DNA from: an uncultured virus (IMG/VR IMGVR_UViG_3300021499_000001)
Lineage: Duplodnaviria > Heunggongvirae > Uroviricota > Caudoviricetes
Length of the DNA stretch: 64,000 nt
IMG/VR virus record: IMGVR_UViG_3300021499_000001
Direction: 5' to 3' (one strand)
Positions within the stretch are counted from its first letter, which is position 1. Every line of letters starts with the position of its first letter. A program made the translations under genes and the position numbers. Of the stretch, positions 58,352 to 64,000 are shown one piece after another. The notes beneath the pieces were generated by a model that was not told where the DNA came from, made no database searches, and saw nothing but the letters and a program-made list of their open reading frames with translations.

Positions 58352-61300
58352 ATGGGTTTCTCAATAATACCATCGGATCATTATATAAAGCCCGGTCGGA
58401 TAACAGCAGCAGATATTAACCGGGCGTTTGATGATATAAATAATAGGCTTGGTGGCTCAAATTATGTTTTACCGCTTCTTGTTGCAGATACCAATATTAT
58501 TTATCTTTCGCGCATTAGTGAATGGGGTCCTGATGATGTTGAAGTACATGTGAGAGATGTGACCCCTTATTCTACTGATCCAGCAACAAGGACAGGTACG
58601 CTAAAGATATTGCCAAGTATTCCTACCGGTAGTTGTGTAAAGGATACCTCCACATGGGAGATTACTATTGAAGGTACGACGATTGGATCTGGGACGTTTG
58701 ATGGAGCAACGCATGAGTTTAGTGGTATAGCTTTATATGGTAAGACGATAACAGTACATTTTCATTTTGATTTTGATGATTCGGTTGGATTTTTAGACGT
58801 AAGGGAGAAGGTTTTATTTAATTTCCAGCTTGCTGTAGAAGCGTTGACTGATGCTACTGATAAGCCCTGGAGTTATTATACAATTGTTGGACGCGCCGAA
58901 CCACTGCCTTCATTTGCGTCTTCATATCCCCATGTGCTTGTCAGATTTGATTCAAGGGTTGTTGAGACAGATGCTACAGGGACGGCTATGGTTACTGGTA
59001 CCGTGTACTTTTCGTGGGGTAGTGATACGACAGGTACACATTGGGAGATCTATAAGGTTATTGATGGTACGGAGACATTAATATCATCAGGAACTGATGC
59101 TATATCAGAAAAAAATTTTAGTTTTAATGTTACTCTTACGGATGAGCGGGAGAAGGAGGTTATTTTAAAGGTTATTCTTGGTAATAGTACATTTCCTAAT
59201 GTGACTTTTACTGATAAGTGTTGGGTGATAACTGATATATCTAATGCTTTACCTCTGATTGAACAGATACCTTCATGTGTTGTTATGCCCCCACTGTGGG
59301 AGTCATTCTATACTGTTGGTTCGAGTACTTATGTCTATACATTCTATCTAACTACATCAGCTACCCATTGGGTTGGTGTTGATGATGATAAGCGCGCGCT
59401 TAAGTTAGATATAGAGAACGACAATTATGAGATCAGGAAAACTGATGGTACATGGGCAACAATCGCTGATGCCGTTGAGAAAGTAATAGCTATTGCCCAT
59501 ACGCGTAATGCTAGTGGTAGCGAAAATATTTATGTATATGATCCTTATACATTAGATAGTTACATCTATGCAGGTGATGGTAACATACCTTCCGGGGAGA
59601 CCTTACTATATGTTGATTTTCTTGTAATGTTATCAAAGCAATATGATTACAGTTACATCAAATCACCCGGCGGTACTTATACCTATAATGACAGTCCTAT
59701 AGAATTTTTATATACAATAGCTGAACATGATACTGGTTTTACAGTTGTAGGTAGCAGGTCACATACGACTCATGTGCATTATTATCCTATTTTGTCATCT
59801 TGTATTGCATTTTTTGATCCTACTAATATCAGCATGGAAAGTGGTGGTGGTGTTAGCACCCTTAGGGCTATTATTTTGAATGCTCCGTTACAGGAAGCCG
59901 ATCTTATAAAATATGGGTTTATTAGCAGTTCTGCATCACCAACGTCGAAAATTGAATATCAGTATGTTATATCATGTCTGGAAGCCCCTGCGGGGATGAC
60001 AGTTGAGATATATGATGATAGTGATAGCGACTGGCATCCTATTACATCAAGTAGTTATACCATTGATATAGGCGAACTTGATGGTGTACCGGCTTATTAC
60101 AGTTTCCCCGTACGTGTTGTTGGTACTACTACAGCTAATATTTTATTTAATGTGGAATTAGTTGCCAAATATCACGATGCGTCGGGTACTGTTTCAACAG
60201 TATTAATAGAGCGCAGACATATAGCATTGGCTACGTTTTTATCTGGGGGCGCGGCGGCTTATGCAACCTCTCTCTCATTACCCCGCACTAATTTCATGGT
60301 TTTTGTTGGTGGATATGGTATGGGTATACCGACGATTGCGAAACCAGATGTTAGTGATATTTACTTAGATAGCAGCACTCATTTGTATTATCTTGGGCTC
60401 ATCGCTCGCGAACCATTGAAAATTGCTTATGGGGACACTATAGAAGATATCATAGGAGGTGAATCAAGACTTGGTGGTGTAACACTAGAGGATATATCAG
60501 CATCCATGCTTGGGTATCGTCTTGATATGGATATTTTATTACCAGCGGGAGTGCTAAAGAGTGAAATCTATGTTGCTTATGATCCATCATCAAAACATAT
60601 CATAATAAGTAGCGAGTTTACAGGTGGTTGTATTCCTATAGGTGTATTAATAATTGAACGTTATGCTGAAACATTGTATCCGTCGTTGAAATTCATCCCC
60701 TATGTACACACGTATGTATATGAGGCAACACGTGGCTTAGAGGTGGGCCGCTTCGGTTTGGTGGACAAGGTTGGGGCAGATAGTCCTGTTATTGTTGCGA
60801 CAACACATTTTGAAAATGCTGATGATTTGACAAATTTGCTTGCGCTTATGAATATTGGTGATAGTTGTTTGCTTATTGGTGAGAATTATGCGAGTAGCGA
60901 TTCCCTGAGATTCCCTTATGTGATGGGTGTAAGGAAGCTTGCGGAGGATAAGGTAAAGCTTACGATGCTTACTGATGTGGGTATGGCAACTGTTTTAATG
61001 GAGAGTGCTAGCAAGTATGTTTATCCAGTATTAGATGTATTTAGAATTTATTATTTGGATGCATCCGGATCTCTACATACAGTCCCACCACCTATGGGGG
61101 CGGTATATACAGGTTCAGCTATAACTGATACCCTTGTGCCATTAGCTGATTTGGGTGACGATCGAAAAATATTAGAAAATATTGGTGAGAAAGTTGTTAT
61201 CATAGTTGAGCCATACATATATGTCGATAAAACTCTTTTACCTGATCCAAATATTAATATTATGAAAATGGAAGTTGTGTGCTCTGGTTCATATTCGATG

Positions 61301-61468
61301 GGTAGTGGAATACTTGTGCGACATTTTATAAGACTTGTTGATGAACATGGTATACATCATATAATGAGTATACCTGTGAAAATCATGTTATTTGGGTCTA
61401 TGTATAATGCTCTTGGTGGTTGGGGTACATCTGGTGGTTCTGGTGGTCCATTTACACCTATAAGCTAA
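58352..61468 (+). CDS. Putative tail fibre/appendage protein (Ser/Thr-rich, beta-rich)
   Basis: 1038 aa; N-terminal GRITAADINRAFDDINNRL is typical of fibre attachment segments. Confidence 0.55.
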   Translation: MGFSIIPSDHYIKPGRITAADINRAFDDINNRLGGSNYVLPLLVADTNIIYLSRISEWGPDDVEVHVRDVTPYSTDPATRTGTLKILPSIPTGSCVKDTSTWEITIEGTTIGSGTFDGATHEFSGIALYGKTITVHFHFDFDDSVGFLDVREKVLFNFQLAVEALTDATDKPWSYYTIVGRAEPLPSFASSYPHVLVRFDSRVVETDATGTAMVTGTVYFSWGSDTTGTHWEIYKVIDGTETLISSGTDAISEKNFSFNVTLTDEREKEVILKVILGNSTFPNVTFTDKCWVITDISNALPLIEQIPSCVVMPPLWESFYTVGSSTYVYTFYLTTSATHWVGVDDDKRALKLDIENDNYEIRKTDGTWATIADAVEKVIAIAHTRNASGSENIYVYDPYTLDSYIYAGDGNIPSGETLLYVDFLVMLSKQYDYSYIKSPGGTYTYNDSPIEFLYTIAEHDTGFTVVGSRSHTTHVHYYPILSSCIAFFDPTNISMESGGGVSTLRAIILNAPLQEADLIKYGFISSSASPTSKIEYQYVISCLEAPAGMTVEIYDDSDSDWHPITSSSYTIDIGELDGVPAYYSFPVRVVGTTTANILFNVELVAKYHDASGTVSTVLIERRHIALATFLSGGAAAYATSLSLPRTNFMVFVGGYGMGIPTIAKPDVSDIYLDSSTHLYYLGLIAREPLKIAYGDTIEDIIGGESRLGGVTLEDISASMLGYRLDMDILLPAGVLKSEIYVAYDPSSKHIIISSEFTGGCIPIGVLIIERYAETLYPSLKFIPYVHTYVYEATRGLEVGRFGLVDKVGADSPVIVATTHFENADDLTNLLALMNIGDSCLLIGENYASSDSLRFPYVMGVRKLAEDKVKLTMLTDVGMATVLMESASKYVYPVLDVFRIYYLDASGSLHTVPPPMGAVYTGSAITDTLVPLADLGDDRKILENIGEKVVIIVEPYIYVDKTLLPDPNINIMKMEVVCSGSYSMGSGILVRHFIRLVDEHGIHHIMSIPVKIMLFGSMYNALGGWGTSGGSGGPFTPIS

Positions 61469-62517
61469 TGTATAAGTATGTTAACATAGATGAAGCCGGT
61501 AGTAATGTTATTCCATTGTTTACGATGCATGGGCATATTATGCCGTGGGTTGTGCATAATGTATTTGCTAGTGAAGAAGGCTATGCTGCAACGGGTTATT
61601 ACCTCCATCCATTTGATGTTGGTGGTATTAAATATTACTTTTATCATGAGCTTCCATCGGTGCCATCTACATTGAATGTTTATAGAATTGATGGGGTACC
61701 ATTGATTGAGCACGTTGATTATGATTTAGTTGGTAATAGGGTTTATCTTGATTGGTATTGGAGGTATGAGTCTATTATTATTGAAGCCGACGGCGTGAAG
61801 TTGGCTGCTGATTGGAGACCATATGAATTGTCAACAGAGCCAGTAGCTGATGCTAAGCGACACCATTTTCTTGTTCCTGTTGGAGATATAATTGAATTTG
61901 ACGGTTCAGAAGCAGGGCTTCACTATTATTATCCGCGCCTTATCCCTAGGAAGGTTTCAATGCCACCTGTTTATTATGATAGGTTTGATTTAGTCTGGAC
62001 ACCGCCTTCTGGTACTATGTTATATGTTAAAGCGAAGCGGAAAAGATTTATAATTTATCAGACAGTACCATACGTAACATTAGATTTGGCGCACTATTAT
62101 ACATGGGATGGTTCTACATATGTTGAACATGATGTTAGTGATGTGTTATATTTTAAAAATACGGGGGAGATAAAATTTGATGATTATGTACCTTATGATG
62201 AAATAAGTTTCAAGGTTGTATCTGTTGATGGGATTGTTATGAACTTAAATATAAATCCTTCGAATCTTGAGTTATTGTCGAGGACCGAATTCATGCCATC
62301 ATTTTTAGTTGGTTATGCCATGGCATCTGATGCATTTCTTGTATCAGTTAGAGGATTTGACCACCGCATTCATTACTATGATTTTGGAGATATTAAGTCT
62401 GAGTTACACGGTATTACTGATGTTTTTTGGTTATGTGAATATAGATTATTAGATCCTCTGAAACGGTTAATGATGGTAAGACATGATGTCCATCGAAGGA
62501 GAGGAGGATATGTATAG
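61468..62517 (+). CDS. Hypothetical structural protein
   Basis: TAATG-coupled start at 61468; PLIEHVDYDLVGNRVY. Confidence 0.6.
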   Translation: MYKYVNIDEAGSNVIPLFTMHGHIMPWVVHNVFASEEGYAATGYYLHPFDVGGIKYYFYHELPSVPSTLNVYRIDGVPLIEHVDYDLVGNRVYLDWYWRYESIIIEADGVKLAADWRPYELSTEPVADAKRHHFLVPVGDIIEFDGSEAGLHYYYPRLIPRKVSMPPVYYDRFDLVWTPPSGTMLYVKAKRKRFIIYQTVPYVTLDLAHYYTWDGSTYVEHDVSDVLYFKNTGEIKFDDYVPYDEISFKVVSVDGIVMNLNINPSNLELLSRTEFMPSFLVGYAMASDAFLVSVRGFDHRIHYYDFGDIKSELHGITDVFWLCEYRLLDPLKRLMMVRHDVHRRRGGYV

Positions 62518-62929
62518 TATTGGTGAGACAGCCATTATACCGGTTTTATTTTTTGATGAGTCATATAGTCTGATGGATCCTGTTGAATTGGAAGGGGAGT
62601 ATGTTACCCTTACGATGTATCGTCTTGATGCAGCACCGTCTGTAGCGAAATTTATTGATAACTTTAAATGGATATACACAGGGGCTGCAGGCTTGTACGA
62701 TCTAGAGGTTGTTGTTGAGGAGAATATACTAAGTGGTGGAGATTATTATATTGGGGCAACGAGATATGATGTGGGTATTTATGCATTAAAGGTTAAGCCG
62801 CGGCTTCCTGGCACTTATTATATTGTTGTAGAGGCTCATGCATCTGGTCTTGCTAGTGAATGTACTTTACAAACCTTTACCGTAAGATTCATAGAGAAGA
62901 GAGATCCATCATTATTATTAATGGAATGA
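62510..62929 (+). CDS. Hypothetical Ig-like beta-sandwich protein
   Basis: GGAGG before ATG 62510; PGTYYIVVEA. Confidence 0.6.
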   Translation: MYSIGETAIIPVLFFDESYSLMDPVELEGEYVTLTMYRLDAAPSVAKFIDNFKWIYTGAAGLYDLEVVVEENILSGGDYYIGATRYDVGIYALKVKPRLPGTYYIVVEAHASGLASECTLQTFTVRFIEKRDPSLLLME

Positions 62930-63330
62930 GTGAGCTATCAACAGCGCGTGGGCTTCATCGTATAGTAATGTCGTTACCTGATGATGCATATACGGCAACT
63001 ATAAAACGATTTAAGGATTCGTTATTGTATGAGGAATCAGTTAATCTTGAGAAGCTTGATACAGAAAAGTATCTCCTAGAGTTTGTTGATAAGTCGAGTG
63101 GTGATGGCTTGATATTTATCCAAGTTGTTAATTCTGTTGGTGATGTAGTAGCTTTTGAGGCCATTGGGGTTAGTGAGGTAAAAACAGATGTATTATGGTT
63201 AGTTGGTTATGCAGATACCTATGGTGTACGTTATCCATTAGCAAAGGATGCATTTGTTATATTAAATCATAGTGATTTGCATTATCTGATAAGGAAGAAA
63301 TTAAAAGGTAACAGGTTTGGGAGGTCATAA
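62926..63330 (+). CDS. Hypothetical protein
   Basis: ATGA-coupled start at 62926. Confidence 0.6.
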   Translation: MSELSTARGLHRIVMSLPDDAYTATIKRFKDSLLYEESVNLEKLDTEKYLLEFVDKSSGDGLIFIQVVNSVGDVVAFEAIGVSEVKTDVLWLVGYADTYGVRYPLAKDAFVILNHSDLHYLIRKKLKGNRFGRS

Positions 63331-63827
63331 TGAATGTTGCGGTTGATAGATTCGTTGTCTTGCCTATAACATTTAGAACTAGTGGTGGGTATGCTACATT
63401 AGATCCATCTACGAACATAGATGTGGATATCACATATCTTCCGAATTTCGATAGTGATGATGGATCGACGGCAGTCAGTACATATAATATTTTTAACCCC
63501 CTAAGTGACCCGAATGTTTGCATTCTATCCTTCCTGTCATCGAAGAGGGGCATCTATATAGTAAAGGTAACATATACAGGGACTGAAATATTATCAGAGC
63601 CACCAACTAAATATTTTGTTGTAACATGTGGTAATGATTATGATCCACCGCTAAAGCATACATATGTATATAATCCTCTAACTGGTAATGTATCTGAGGT
63701 TCATACAGATTATTACAAAGATAGTGAGAGTACTGAAACCATTTTCAGGAAGAAGATTGTTGGGTTCGTCTATGAAGAGGATGGTGGTGAAGCACGGCTT
63801 AATGAGGTAACGGATAAGAATGAATGA
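63330..63827 (+). CDS. Hypothetical beta-rich protein
   Basis: GGAGG upstream, TAATG coupling; RGIYIVKVTY. Confidence 0.65.
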   Translation: MNVAVDRFVVLPITFRTSGGYATLDPSTNIDVDITYLPNFDSDDGSTAVSTYNIFNPLSDPNVCILSFLSSKRGIYIVKVTYTGTEILSEPPTKYFVVTCGNDYDPPLKHTYVYNPLTGNVSEVHTDYYKDSESTETIFRKKIVGFVYEEDGGEARLNEVTDKNE

Positions 63828-64000
63828 TACGTAGGGAAAGAGAAACATATGCTGGGGCTGTCTATGTAACTGGTATACCGCTGCCTCTGACACCAAGAGC
63901 GTTTGATGGATTATACATCGGGGGACTTCTTTTGCCTTACTATGTCCCCAATGAATTCTATGATCGGTTGCAGACAGATACTGTTAACTTTATAAATGCT
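63824..64000 (+). CDS. Hypothetical protein, 5' part only
   Basis: ATGA-coupled; frame open to window end (MIRRERETYAGAVYVTG...). Confidence 0.55.
   Translation, partial: MIRRERETYAGAVYVTGIPLPLTPRAFDGLYIGGLLLPYYVPNEFYDRLQTDTVNFINA

Larger units (their letters stand above)
316..62806. repeat. Dispersed short motif (G/C)n-GCTT(A/C), variant -GCCT(C/A), and its reverse complement (G/T)AAGC-(G/C)n
   Basis: Examples: 316-325 GCCGGGCTTC, 844-857 GGCCGCGCGGCTTC, 7344-7358 GGAAGCGCGGCTTCC, 12929-12939, 12947-12959, 20064-20077, 25701-25714, 37618-37628, 46296-46308, 57372-57390, 60245-60261, 62795-62806 AAGCCGCGGCTT. Roughly 100 copies by eye in an AT-rich background. Confidence 0.9.
1..64000 (+). 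mobile_element. Structural and packaging module of a large contractile-tailed phage (Caudoviricetes, myovirus morphotype)
   Basis: Unidirectional dense gene array in the order terminase-portal-protease-capsid-neck-sheath-tube-baseplate. Many ATGA/TAATG start-stop overlaps. No host housekeeping genes, integrase or att site seen, so free phage versus prophage is undetermined. Confidence 0.95.

Noticed and set aside
316..62806. Dispersed motif as CRISPR, REP or MITE repeats
   Set aside because: Copies are only about 9-19 bp, variable in core, intragenic and frame-preserving, with no regular spacers or target duplications.
528..63896. Numerous minus-strand and short alternate-frame ORFs in the track
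   Set aside because: They lie opposite or within longer + strand genes that tile the window with coupled starts. They show no recognisable motifs and look like shadow ORFs.
1..64000. Archaeal virus assignment
   Set aside because: The intein style is suggestive, but the peptidoglycan amidase, sigma70-like promoters, GroES-like genes and T9SS-CTD-like gene point to a bacterial host.
1..64000. Stop-codon reassignment, tRNA or rRNA genes
   Set aside because: Standard-code ORFs tile the window at high density with intact giant genes. Intergenic gaps are short and show no cloverleaf or rRNA-like sequence.

Overview
The whole window is the virion-morphogenesis region of a large tailed bacteriophage with a contractile tail (myovirus). 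About 50 tightly packed genes all lie on the + strand. The order is: two GroES-like genes, candidate small terminase, a cluster of very basic proteins, intein-containing large terminase, intein-containing portal, prohead protease with nested scaffold, HK97-fold major capsid, neck, tail sheath, tail tube and two tube paralogues, four giant proteins (1943, 2355, 1779 and 1337 aa), then baseplate and fibre-region genes. An amidase domain, GGAGG ribosome-binding sites and sigma70-like promoters indicate a bacterial host. Three features stand out. (1) The 2355-aa protein carries motifs of a single-chain two-barrel RNA polymerase (K-x6-KG, R-x-P, DWDTD) fused to a DEDDh exonuclease-like domain, so it is a candidate virion RNA polymerase. 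(2) A short DNA motif, a pure G/C run followed by GCTT(A/C) and often quasi-palindromic, is embedded roughly a hundred times (eye count) in coding sequence in all three frames. (3) A stand-alone T9SS C-terminal-domain-like gene sits between sheath and tube. All calls come from motif reading and synteny; no searches were run.
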